Assembly: GCA_963698395.1 (NCBI GenBank)
Contig: CAVOQQ010000001.1
Coordinates: 2,284 to 66,283, forward strand
Source: an uncultured Acidimicrobiales bacterium
Lineage (GTDB): Bacteria; Actinomycetota; Acidimicrobiia; Acidimicrobiales; SZUA-35
DNA: 64,000 nucleotides
Direction: 5' to 3'
Part shown: one piece after another, positions 47,460 through 56,942 of the stretch
Layout: the number at the start of each line of letters is the position of its first letter
Numbering within the stretch: the first letter of the stretch is position 1
The notes under the pieces: model-generated
What the model saw: the letters and a program-made list of their open reading frames with translations, nothing else
Database searches by the model: none
Told to the model about the DNA's origin: nothing
Position numbers and translations under genes: made by a program

Positions 47460-48399
47460 TCAGTTGTTGGGGGCGACGATGCCGTTCATTTGGATGACCC
47501 CGTTGGTGACGGAGAACCGTGAGAGCCTGAAGTTGGTGGATGAGAGGCGGGGTGTCGCCTGGAATGTTCCGCTGCGTAGGAAGGCGCCACGCTCGTTCCC
47601 GTCGTTGTCGACCACCCACGCCGCCCACGCTCCCTCGGCGGCGGCGTCTTCATCATCGACCTCGTACAGGCCGGCGTCGCCGGCCGCCTCGACAGTGTCG
47701 AACCCGTGCACCGACCCGGCTGCATCGGTGAAGTCGCCGCGGAACACTCCGTCGACCAGTTCGACGGTCACCACGGCGCCGGCGTCATTGGCCTCGGTGT
47801 CTGTGTGGGTGACGATGACCGACACGAAGGCGTCGGTGCCATCGACCCGGCCCACGGACCCGGTGATCTGTTGCGCTTGCTGATGCCGTGCGACCAGATC
47901 CATCAGATGGCTACGGCGCTGGAAGACGAGGGCTTCAGCGTCGGCACGATCAAGTTGTCGTTTCTGCGCTTGCGCTGCCAGGCGTTCACGCTCGGCCCAT
48001 TCGGCGGCGCGTGATTCGACCTTGCCGGCCTCCAGCTCCAACCTTGCGAAGGCGTGGTCGAGCCGGTCCTCGAGCTTCCACCGCTTCCCGGAATCGCTCG
48101 CCAACACCACACCAACCGACGACCCATGACCGAGGACCAGCCGCAAGACCCCTGCCGGAGTGCGCTGACTGCACGGTGAACCCGCGGCGCTCCGCTTCGG
48201 TGAAGAACACGTGCGCGATCCGCCACATCCGGCCGAACAGTGTCTTGGTTCCGAGCCGGTAGTGCAGGTAGCCCTGATGCCGCCGGTTGTCCCACCAACC
48301 ACGCTCGGGTTTCGGCAGTTCATGCTGTCGGGATCGCCCGACGACCGGGTGGGGTTGGCGGGCGAGTGTGGCGGGGACATGAATCGGATCGGACTGCAT
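47460..48399 (-). pseudogene. hypothetical protein (basic N-terminus, coiled-coil middle, acidic C-terminus) with one apparent frameshift (~48,130-48,160)
   Basis: The N-terminus lies in ORF 47986..48399 (HELPKPERGWWDNRRHQGYLHYRLGTKTLFGRMWRIAHVFFTEAERRGFTV). The rest lies in ORF 47460..48380 (...RWKLEDRLDHAFARLELEAGKVESRAAEWAERERLAAQAQKR...). Confidence 0.55.
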
Positions 48400-48458
48400 G
48401 TGACGCAGCTATCCGGGATCCGCTCCGACCGCTCGTCGACGACCGTCGTCGCTGGCGG

Positions 48459-48686
48459 TCAGGTCTTGGTGCGGCGGCGACGGCGTTGTGCGTCGATCCC
48501 GCGGGCGTTGACGATCACGTCGTCGAGCGTGCCGGCGATCAACTCGATCGCATCGAGCTTTGCGGTGAGCGCTTCGAGGACGGCACTGACGCTCACACCC
48601 TGCTCGGCAGCGAAGTCGTGCCACTGGTCATGGGCTTGGTCGCTGACGTACGCGTGAAGCGCTCGCCGGTCTTGCTGTGTCGCCAT
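48459..48686 (-). CDS. 75-aa possible ribbon-helix-helix-type DNA-binding protein
   Basis: ATG at 48686. Product is MATQQDRRALHAYVSDQAHDQWHDFAAEQGVSVSAVLEALTAKL...ARGIDAQRRRRRTKT. First gene of a same-strand trio. Confidence 0.5.
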   Translation of the reverse strand: MATQQDRRALHAYVSDQAHDQWHDFAAEQGVSVSAVLEALTAKLDAIELIAGTLDDVIVNARGIDAQRRRRRTKT

Positions 48687-48955
48687 CGGATGCTGCTTTC
48701 GTGTCGCCGTCTCCGGCAACACTATGCGCTGGTGCAACCGGTCGTCCGGATTTGAACAGAGCAGCGCAAGAAAACCGTACCAACAGACACGACTGGTTGA
48801 GTCCGTGCACGGGTTCAACGTCTCGATCGGTCGAGTCTCGATGCAGCCCCCGGTAGCGATGCCGGCCACCGGGGATGTCCCCGATTCGCGTTTCGACTCC
48901 TTCAGCGATGCTCCTCTTGCCAGCAACCCGACTGGCCATAGGAGGGAACATTCAA

Positions 48956-49333
48956 ATGAGCAAGCACACCACCAGAGCCGTTGCGGCTCTCGTCGCCATC
49001 GTCGTGGTCCTCGGCCTCGGCGCAGGAACAGCAAGTGCCAAAGCCAAGAGCGAACGACAGGTCGACGACCTCTACACACAGTGCAAGGGAACCGACGCCA
49101 ACCCCATCGTCTACACCGACGAAGACGGAAGTTTCACCTGCATGACGAAAGACGGCAAATACCTGACCTGCAACAACCAGGGGGACGGCACCTGGAATTG
49201 CTGGCAGTCACGCCGCCAACCCGTCGAACTCAAGGAGAAGGCTCCCGACAATGCTGGCGTCGCCCCCACCGAACCGACGAAGACGAGTCCCCGACTCTCC
49301 CGGTCGACGTCGCCAGCGCTTGTGACCCGCTAA
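48956..49333 (+). CDS. small secreted Cys-rich protein
   Basis: The ATG at 48956 follows GGAGGG. Signal peptide MSKHTTRAVAALVAIVVVLGLGAGTASA. The mature part has 4 Cys (CKGTD...FTCMTKDGKYLTCNNQGDGTWNCW). Confidence 0.65.
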   Translation: MSKHTTRAVAALVAIVVVLGLGAGTASAKAKSERQVDDLYTQCKGTDANPIVYTDEDGSFTCMTKDGKYLTCNNQGDGTWNCWQSRRQPVELKEKAPDNAGVAPTEPTKTSPRLSRSTSPALVTR

Positions 49334-49415
49334 CGCATTCATCCACTCGTCCAGGGGTCTCACGCCCCTGGACGATCGACTGGAGGCAACACGCTCGAGC
49401 TCGGACGAACACCGC

Positions 49416-50209
49416 TTGGTCGGCGTGGCGGCTGCGCTGCTGATGTCGACCCTTCTGTTCCCAGGCACGGCTGGAGCAAAGAACACGAAACAGGATGTGT
49501 GCCACGCAACTGGTGATGGCAGATATCAGTTGATCAACATTTCAGAGAACGCTGTCCCGCCCACTTCGCTCACGGCGATCGCGTTCCCGGTGACCCGGTT
49601 CCGGGAGAGCCTGGCTACAAGTTCGACAGTGACTGCTCCCCCGTTCTCGTCGTCGTTGTCTTTGTCGACACCGACGCCGACGGCGTTCCCGACAATCAAG
49701 ACAACTGCTCGCTGGTGGTGAACCCGGATCAGTCCGACCGGTACGGCTCCGCCAAGGGTGATGCCTGCGAGGACGACTCCAACGGCGACGGGCGACTCGA
49801 CGCCGACGAGACCGACATTTGCATCCACATCAACGGCATCCAGATTCGGCAAAATGGCACTGCGACTTGCACGTCGACAGCCACTACGGGAACCCTCCCC
49901 AACATCGCCATCGCCACCGGCCCCAGTCCGACCGACTGCGCAATCGCACAGGCTGGCAACGGGAACTACAACACCGCTACTGCCAACGGCACCAGCTCAA
50001 ATCCGGGCGTCGCGTCCGTCAGTGCGGTTGCGACAGGCGGGGATTTCAACACGACGACCGCAACCGGCGACACTGCTCAGGCAGCTTCGGGGTACGGGAC
50101 CAACAACGTCGCCACCGCCAACGGCGACTTCACCCTGGCCTTGGCATTCGCACCCGCAGGTTGCACCGCTGTCAACGCGGTCAGCTACACGGTCGTTTCC
50201 TGTCCCTGA
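49416..50209 (+). pseudogene. secreted protein with thrombospondin-type-3 Ca-binding repeat; one apparent frameshift (~49,555)
   Basis: The signal peptide and VCHATGDGRYQLINISENAVP lie in ORF 49416... AHFAHGDRVPGDPVPG...DTDADGVPDNQDNCSLVVNPDQSD... lie in the frame of ORF 49715..50209. Confidence 0.7.
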
Positions 50210-50383
50210 GGTTCAGCCCCGCATTTCATCGCATCGCCGTAGGGAGTTTGGGCCCGGTTCCTCTTGCTCGGATCCAGTCGACGTCAGCTGCACGTGCTTG
50301 CGACCTGTTCTGCTGGATCGTTACCGGCACAACGAAATCAAGTCGCCGACGCCTTGTAGAAGGAGGGTGCGAGACTCTCTGCG

Positions 50384-50767
50384 ATGCTCACCATCCACGC
50401 GACACGGAAGCTGTTGGCCAAGGTCAAGCAGCCGGCGGTCGACGCCACCCAGTCGGCGACCGGGCAGCTCGGTGACTGGTATGCGACCGATCTCGGCTGG
50501 CGACCCGGCGTCGCACTGTTCGTCAACGAGGCCACGTTGTTGCCGATCCTGTTGCCGTTGGCGCCGGCGAAAACCCTGGGCGCACGGTTTGCCGAGCAGT
50601 TCGGGATCGTGCTCGCCGCCATCGACTGCCCGGCCGAGTTCGCTCTGGCCGAAGTCGGACACGCCCGCACGGTCGCGTGGGCGAAGACGGCGAACCGGGG
50701 CCGGCATTCCGTCAGGATCGCTAGTGGGCGATCATCGTCCAGGTCGCACCGCTGTCACCGTCAGTGA
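50384..50767 (+). CDS. hypothetical protein (DUF6933-like N-terminus), C-terminus possibly frameshifted
   Basis: The ATG follows GAAGGAGGG. MLTIHATRKLLAKVKQPAVDATQSATGQLGDWYATDLGWRPGVALFVNEATLLPILLPLAPAKTL. The tail after AKTANR is Arg/Ser-rich noise. Confidence 0.55.
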   Translation: MLTIHATRKLLAKVKQPAVDATQSATGQLGDWYATDLGWRPGVALFVNEATLLPILLPLAPAKTLGARFAEQFGIVLAAIDCPAEFALAEVGHARTVAWAKTANRGRHSVRIASGRSSSRSHRCHRQ

Positions 50768-50912
50768 CCACCTTCGGTTGACGTTCCGCCATCGATGGAC
50801 GCTGTGGTCATCGGCTGCTTGCGACGAGTTCGCCGATCTCGTCATCGACGGAATCGGGCGGTTGACCGTCTGAGCGATCGTCAGTCGTTGGATGCGAGGG
50901 CGAACGGGGCCA

Positions 50913-52628
50913 TCACTGGACACACCCGTAGTGAGCGGAGGACACCAGGCGAGCGAACTTGTCTCGGACAGAGCCAGGACGAACGGTCGGCACCGGGGGC
51001 TTCCACGCCTCGAGGCGATTGGCGATGACGTCGTCGGGAAGGCCCAGATCGAGGCGTCGTTGACTGGGGTTGATCACGATCTCGTCGCCGTCTTGCACGG
51101 CGGCAATCGGCCCGCCTCTGGCCGCTTCGGGCGAGACGTGCCCGATGATGATGCCATGGGACACGCCGGAGAAGCGTCCGTCGGTGATCAGGGCGACGTC
51201 GGTGCCGAGGCCCCTTCCCTGGAGCTGGATCGTGAGCGCCACCATTTCGGGCATGCCGGGACCGCCGACCGGTCCGACATTGCGGACCACGACGACGTCG
51301 CCGGCGACGATGCGGCCCGCCTTGATGGCAGTCATGGCATCGGCCTCGCTTTCGAACACGCGGGCCGGGCCGCGGAACTCGCCGCGTTCGAGGGTCTTGC
51401 CCGACAGCTTCAAAACACAGCTCTCGGGTGCGAGGTTGCCGGTGAGCACGCTGATGTGATTGTTGGCAGGAGCGAGCGGGGCGTCGATGGGAACGACGAT
51501 GCGTTGGTCGCCAAGGTCGGCGAGGGCAGGCACATCGGCCAGATTCTCGGCGAGCGTTCTTCCGGTCACGGTGGGAACATCGCCGTGAAGCAGACCGGCA
51601 GTGAGCAGTTCCTTCATCACCACCGGCACTCCGCCGAGTTGGTGGAGCGACACCATTGCGTAGGGCCCGTGCGGCTGGAGGTTGGCGATGAGCGGGACTC
51701 GCTCGCCAACCGCTTGGATGTGTTCGATGGTGAGCGGCACATCGGCTTCTCGAGCGATCGCCAACAGGTGGAGGTAGAGGTTCGTGGAACCGCCCATGGC
51801 GTAGGCGGTGACGATGGCGTTCTCGAACGCCTCCATCGTCATGATGTCACGGGGGCGTACGCCGGCTTTTGCCAGGCGAACGAGTGCGTCGACCGACGCC
51901 TGCACGTGTGCCTTGACGTCGTCGTGGATGTCGCTGGCGGCTTCGAGATCGGCTGGATACGAGGCGCCGCGCGGGAGCATCATGCCGATGGCTTCGGCGA
52001 TCACGCTCATGGTGTTGGCGGTGAACATCGCCCCACAGGTTCCGCTGCCGGGCATCACCGCCTGCTCGACCGCCGACAGCTGGACCCGAGTGATACGTCC
52101 GGCTTGCTCGGACGCTCGTGCTTCGACGTAGTCGAGGATGGTCAGGTTGTTACCCTTGGCCGACCACGGCTCGACGTCGACTGAACCGGGTGAGCTGGTG
52201 CCCGGGTAGATGACCAGACCGACCTCGTTGAGCCGAGCCAACGGCATCAGCGCCGCAGCCCCAACTTTGTCGCAACCGGAGATGACGATCATTGCGTTCC
52301 CATGGTGCGCTCGGTGACCGAGCTCGATGCAATCGGCGATGAGATCGCGAGAGACCAGGCTGAATCCGGCGCTCGGTGTGCCCTGCGTGAGGGCATCGGA
52401 CACCGCCGGGGTGCCGACGATCAGGCCCTGAGCGTTTACCTGTGACAGAGCCTCGACCGTCAGATCCGTGATGCGGCGCACCCGGTTGTTGCAGCGATGC
52501 GCATTGGTGAATGGGCTGGCCACGGTCACCACCAGATCGAGACCCGCCGTTCGGTCGGGATTGAACCCGGCGGCCCGCATTTCGACCCGGTTTCGCTTCC
52601 AGAAGCGGGTGTCGTCGCCAGCCATCAT
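50913..52628 (-). CDS. IlvD/Edd family dehydratase
   Basis: 571 aa. The Fe-S ligand motif region [16 protein letters not shown] is present, and length is family-typical. Confidence 0.9.
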   Translation of the reverse strand: MMAGDDTRFWKRNRVEMRAAGFNPDRTAGLDLVVTVASPFTNAHRCNNRVRRITDLTVEALSQVNAQGLIVGTPAVSDALTQGTPSAGFSLVSRDLIADCIELGHRAHHGNAMIVISGCDKVGAAALMPLARLNEVGLVIYPGTSSPGSVDVEPWSAKGNNLTILDYVEARASEQAGRITRVQLSAVEQAVMPGSGTCGAMFTANTMSVIAEAIGMMLPRGASYPADLEAASDIHDDVKAHVQASVDALVRLAKAGVRPRDIMTMEAFENAIVTAYAMGGSTNLYLHLLAIAREADVPLTIEHIQAVGERVPLIANLQPHGPYAMVSLHQLGGVPVVMKELLTAGLLHGDVPTVTGRTLAENLADVPALADLGDQRIVVPIDAPLAPANNHISVLTGNLAPESCVLKLSGKTLERGEFRGPARVFESEADAMTAIKAGRIVAGDVVVVRNVGPVGGPGMPEMVALTIQLQGRGLGTDVALITDGRFSGVSHGIIIGHVSPEAARGGPIAAVQDGDEIVINPSQRRLDLGLPDDVIANRLEAWKPPVPTVRPGSVRDKFARLVSSAHYGCVQ

Positions 52629-52789
52629 TCAGACCTTCCTTCGAAATCGACAGCGGTGGTCCGCAGTCGGACACCATATCAGCAGGCCTTTCGTCACGTC
52701 GGTGTCCGACGCGCCGGTCCGTCCTGCTGGTCGACCGTTCTCGGCGAAATCGCTCGCACCGGTCATCCACTCAGGAGGCGTGGCAAGTA

Positions 52790-52930
52790 GTTCCGCAACG
52801 CAGCGGGAGTCGGCTGAGAGGATTGGCCCCACCCAGGGGGTCGTCTCTCGCCTCGAGGAACGTGGTGGGGCCCGGGACCCGATCGACACCCTCGCGTGAG
52901 TCGCGAATGCTTTGGACCGGCACCTGCAGG
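52790..52930 (+). pseudogene. XRE-type HTH protein remnant (copy 2, with in-frame stop)
   Basis: TQRESAERIGPTQGVVSRLEERGGARDPIDTLA*VANALDRHL. About 70% nt identity by eye to 45560-45690. Confidence 0.5.
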
Positions 52931-53483
52931 AATACGCTGAGTTGCTCGGCAGTCCAGGCCTGGGCTTCGTGTTTGGGGATCGAGCGGAGCCTCGGGGCGT
53001 GGGCGACGGTGCGGGTGAGGATGCCTCGTTTCACCGCCGCGGTGAGTGCGCCGCGGATGATGAGGTGGATCTCGAGCACCGTCTTCGGTGCGAGCTCCTT
53101 CACGTCGGGGTCGGTGGGTCGGAGTTTGGTGTCGTAGAGAGCTTCGAGGTCGGTGACCTTGAGACGCCGGATCGGAACGGTGCCGAGCGTGGGGAGGATG
53201 TGGCGTTCGATCTTGCGGCGGTAGCCATGCCAGGTCGACTCGGCGAGGGTGTTCGCTTTGCCGGGGAGCCACTGACCGGTGAGGAAAGCACCGAAGGTGA
53301 GTGACCGGGTTGTGTCGTTGGCGCCGTCGACTTCGGCGGCGAGCTTGCTGGCGAGGGTCTCGGCAGCCTTCCTGTCGGGCCGGCGGGATGCCAGGTCCGC
53401 TTTTCGTTGCCGGTGATGGGGTCGAGTCCTTCGTAGATGACGGCGTAGAACCGGTTGCCCTTCTTCGCGACGTAGCCCTTCAT
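52925..53483 (-). pseudogene. tyrosine integrase, N-terminal half only, plus a frameshift (~53,375)
   Basis: The ATG at 53483 follows GGAAGGAG. MKGYVAKKGNRFYAVIYEGLDPITGNEKRTWHPAG, then (other frame) KAAETLASKLAAEV...TFGAFLTGQWLPGK...STWHGYRRKIERHILPTLG...AWTAEQLSVFL. The catalytic domain is missing. Confidence 0.8.
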
Positions 53484-53574
53484 GGCAGTGCTCCTTCCGG
53501 GAGCCCGATGGTCGGGCACTCGATTGAAGCATCGGTAGAAGCGCACGTGGTTGCCGGCGTGACCCGCGCTGCGT

Positions 53575-53685
53575 CCGCAAGGTCTCTACGAGACTCGGGG
53601 CGGAACAAGGGCGATTTCCCGGGTGGTCGGGAATCTGACCTCTGTCGGCCGGGAACGGGGGCGTGGTTGTGTTCGAGGCATGAAC
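53575..53685 (+). repeat. possible diverged att-arm-like repeat, copy E
   Basis: Shares AGGTCTCT, AACA(A)GGG, (A)TCTGACC and GGCCGG(G)AACGGG blocks, in the same order, with copies A and B. Lies directly upstream of the integrase start. Confidence 0.35.
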
Positions 53686-54119
53686 AGATACTTCAGATCA
53701 GTGACCATTGTTGGCGTCTCACTCGGGATGTTGCTCCTCGCCGGATGTGGCGATGAGGACGAGAGTTTGACTGCATCGGAGTTCCGAGAACAGGCGAACG
53801 CCATTTGTGCCCAGGGAAATCAGGACATCGGCGAAGCCGCTGGCCCGGTGTTCGGCAATGACTCGCCGACCCCGGACCAGTTGCAGGCCGCGTTGGACGC
53901 GATCGTGTCCATATCGGATCGTCAGCTTGATGACGTGGAAGCGCTCCGGTGCCGTCGGACCTGAAGGACGATGTGGCGGCGATGATCGCTGAGGGACGCT
54001 CCGCAACGGATGCGGCTGAGGCGCAAGGTCTCGGATTCTTTGAGTCCGACGATGATCCGTGGGCACGCACAGGAGAATTGGCGCTCGGTCTGGGACTCGA
54101 TGCCTGTAGTGGAGGGTGA
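53680..54119 (+). pseudogene. lipoprotein with one apparent frameshift (~53,950)
   Basis: MNRYFRSVTIVGVSLGMLLLAGC (lipobox)...DDVEALR, then PSDLKDDVAAMIAEGRSATDAAEAQGLGFFESDDDPWARTGELALGLGLDACSGG in the next frame. Confidence 0.6.
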
Positions 54120-54150
54120 TCTCGACCGTCTGGTGCGCGAAGCTGGCCCG

Positions 54151-56163
54151 ATGAGTTTCGGTTTTCGCCAGCGGCTGAGGCCCATGCGTGTGCAGGTCTT
54201 GCCGTTGCTGGCCTGCGCCGTCGGCACGCTGTTGCTCGTGGTTGCCGTGGTGCTGGCGGTCGTCGATCGGGGCTTACAGGTCGATGCGCCGGTGCCCGAG
54301 CCCACCAACTGGTTCATGCCCGTGCAGGTAGTCAGCGCCATCGTCTGGGCGGTGGCGAGCCTTTCGCTTCTGCAACGTCGTGACCTGGCGTGGTCTCGGC
54401 TCGCGGCCATTGCCAGCCTCAGCCACGCAGTCGCAGCGGCAAGTTACGTCTGGGCAGTCCACGGGCTGGTGGGCGGGCACGACGCTCCAGGCGCAACGGT
54501 TGCCGCGGCACTGACGATGATGCTCCTCCCGGTCGAGATGCCGGTCAGTATCTACATGCTGGTTTCGCTCCCAACGGGGCGGCTCACGATGACGGGCGTT
54601 GACCGTATTGGCTGGATGGCGGTCGCCATGGCGACCATCGGAGTCTGTGTGGAGCTGGTCACCGATCCCGATGTGGCTGACACGGTGTTCGCTCCGGCCC
54701 GGAATCCGCTCTCGCTGGGACTCGGTCCAGGTCCGTGGACGGCGTTGTTCATCGCTCCGTCGGCGTTGATTGCGCTTGCTGTCCTGCTGGCGAAGTGGCG
54801 TAGAAGCCGCGGCGCCGACCGGTTGGCCTTGCGGTGGGTCGTCTGGACGCAGGTGGCCGCGACCGTGGTCGTTGTGCCCTTGTTCGCCTTCGTGGAACCA
54901 GCGGTGTCGGTGGGGGCCGCACAGATTGCCTCCGCGTTCGGTCTCCTCGTTCTTGTCACGGTCATTCGGCGCCAGCATCTCCTGGGGGTGGAGCGCCTGT
55001 TCGAACGGGCCTTGCGCTTCGTGGTGCTCGCCGGGCTGTTGGCGTTGGTCTACGGCGCAGTGATCGCCGCAGGGTCGGAGATGGTCGGCGGAGCAGCTCG
55101 ACCGCTCGCCGCCGCGGTCGTGGCCCTGATGGTCCTCCCACTTCGTGATCGGGTCGCGGCGCTCGTGGCGCGGTTCGTCTATGGGGATCGGGCCAACGCT
55201 GTCGACATCGTGCGTGGTGTCGTCGAACAGGCTGCCACCGTGTTCGCACCGTGTGAGTTGGTCGAACGGTTCCTCGAAGATGTCCGACTCGGGACCGGAG
55301 TCGGAGCGGCTGCGGTTGAGCTCGACGGCTACGGGACGATCGCCTCGGCGGGCCGCTGGACCCCGGTCCGCGGTGGCACGGTGGTCATCTCGCTGCAGCA
55401 TGCCGGCCGAAGCGTCGGTCGGTTGAACGTCTTGCCCTCAGCGGGTGAGGTCTGTCTCGACCCTGCCGCCGAGCGGGTCGTCAACGAGGTGGCGCCGCAC
55501 ATCGCAATGGTGGCTGACGCCTGCCGCGCCGACATCGACCTCCACCAGGCCCGGACGCAACTGATCCAGGCGCGGGAGGAGGAACGACGTCGACTCCGCC
55601 ACGATCTCCACGACGGACTCGGCCCCATCCTCACCGGTGTTGCGTTCTCGGCGGATGCGGCCGCGAATCTCGTTTCGACGAATCCGCACGAGGCTGGCGA
55701 GCTCATCGCAGCGTCGCGCCGCAACGTCACGCTGGCGCTCGATGAGATCCGGCGTATCGTCGAAGATCTCCGGCCGCCGGCCCTCGACGAACTCGGCCTG
55801 GCCGGTGCCATTCGCCAGCACGCGCAACGGCTCCCTCAACTCGATGTCATCGTTTCGGGCACGCTCCCCGACCATGGTCTGCCGGCGGCAGTCGAGGTGG
55901 CGGCGTACCGGATCGCAACCGAGGCACTCACCAACGTCGCCCGGCATTCCGACGCCTGCCGCGCCGAGGTCGACGTCACGATGAACGGACGACTTGCCTT
56001 GACCGTCACGGACGACGGACGGGGATCTGATCCATGGCAGCCCGGCGTCGGCCTGACATCGATGAACGCCCGAGCGCAGGAGCTCGGCGGTGACCTGCAC
56101 GCAGGGCCGAGCCCGACCGGCGGCGGGCGGGTGGTCGCATCGCTTCCGGTAGAGCCAGAGTGA
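54151..56163 (+). CDS. multi-TM NarL-type sensor histidine kinase (HK2), intact
   Basis: ORF 54010..56163 with candidate starts ATG 54151 or ATG 54100. H-box AREEERRRLRHDLHDGLGPIL and ATPase region LPAAVEVAAYRIATEALTNVARHS...GVGLTSMNARA are present. Confidence 0.85.
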   Translation: MSFGFRQRLRPMRVQVLPLLACAVGTLLLVVAVVLAVVDRGLQVDAPVPEPTNWFMPVQVVSAIVWAVASLSLLQRRDLAWSRLAAIASLSHAVAAASYVWAVHGLVGGHDAPGATVAAALTMMLLPVEMPVSIYMLVSLPTGRLTMTGVDRIGWMAVAMATIGVCVELVTDPDVADTVFAPARNPLSLGLGPGPWTALFIAPSALIALAVLLAKWRRSRGADRLALRWVVWTQVAATVVVVPLFAFVEPAVSVGAAQIASAFGLLVLVTVIRRQHLLGVERLFERALRFVVLAGLLALVYGAVIAAGSEMVGGAARPLAAAVVALMVLPLRDRVAALVARFVYGDRANAVDIVRGVVEQAATVFAPCELVERFLEDVRLGTGVGAAAVELDGYGTIASAGRWTPVRGGTVVISLQHAGRSVGRLNVLPSAGEVCLDPAAERVVNEVAPHIAMVADACRADIDLHQARTQLIQAREEERRRLRHDLHDGLGPILTGVAFSADAAANLVSTNPHEAGELIAASRRNVTLALDEIRRIVEDLRPPALDELGLAGAIRQHAQRLPQLDVIVSGTLPDHGLPAAVEVAAYRIATEALTNVARHSDACRAEVDVTMNGRLALTVTDDGRGSDPWQPGVGLTSMNARAQELGGDLHAGPSPTGGGRVVASLPVEPE

Positions 56164-56849
56164 CCACTGCAGACGAGTCAGCCGGAGCAGGCTCCGATCG
56201 GATCTCGGTCGTTATCGCCGACGATCACGACGTCGTGCGCCAAGGCATCCGATCCCTCCTCGGCACCATCAGTGACATCGAAGTCATCGCCGAAGCCGCC
56301 ACCGGTGACGATGCGGTGTCCATCGCAACCGAGCTGATGCCCGACGTCCTCCTCCTCGACCTCCAGATGCCGCACGGTCACGGCCTCGACGCAACCCGTC
56401 AGATCACCGCCACCTTGCCGAGGGTCGCGGTGGTCATCCTGACCATGTACGAAGACGCCGACTCGATCGACGCCGCGCTCCGGGCCGGGGCGCGCGGATA
56501 CTTGCTCAAAGGTGCCCCGCAGGGAGACGTCGTACACGCCATCCGAGCCGCCGCCCGCGGACATGTCATCCTCGGTCCGGGCGCAGCGGAACGCCTCCTC
56601 GAACGCCTGAGCGCTCCGACCGGTGGCCCGTTGGTGTTCCCACAGCTCACCGACCGCGAGCGCGACGTCCTGCGGCTGGTCGCAAATGGCCACAACAACA
56701 CCGCCATCGCCCAGGCGTTGCACCTCGCCCCCAAGACCATCGCCAATCACGTGTCGAACATCTTGACCAAACTCCAGATCGCAGATCGGGCAGAAGCGAT
56801 CGTCGCCGCCCGCCGCTCGGGTCTCACTGACGATCGCGATCGGATATGA
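56160..56849 (+). CDS. NarL/FixJ-family response regulator (RR2)
   Basis: The GTG start overlaps the HK2 stop (GTGA). The receiver domain has VVIADDH...LLLDLQMPHGHG. LuxR HTH LTDRERDVLRLVANGHNNTAIAQALHLAPKTIANHVSNILTKL is present. Confidence 0.9.
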   Translation: MTTADESAGAGSDRISVVIADDHDVVRQGIRSLLGTISDIEVIAEAATGDDAVSIATELMPDVLLLDLQMPHGHGLDATRQITATLPRVAVVILTMYEDADSIDAALRAGARGYLLKGAPQGDVVHAIRAAARGHVILGPGAAERLLERLSAPTGGPLVFPQLTDRERDVLRLVANGHNNTAIAQALHLAPKTIANHVSNILTKLQIADRAEAIVAARRSGLTDDRDRI

Positions 56850-56942
56850 CTGGGTTTGCCGACAGGCTGGCCGCACGACCATCTGATCAGTACTCGAGGT
56901 CGTCGCCCTTTGCGCTCGAAGCTCGGCACTCGAGTGATGCAG

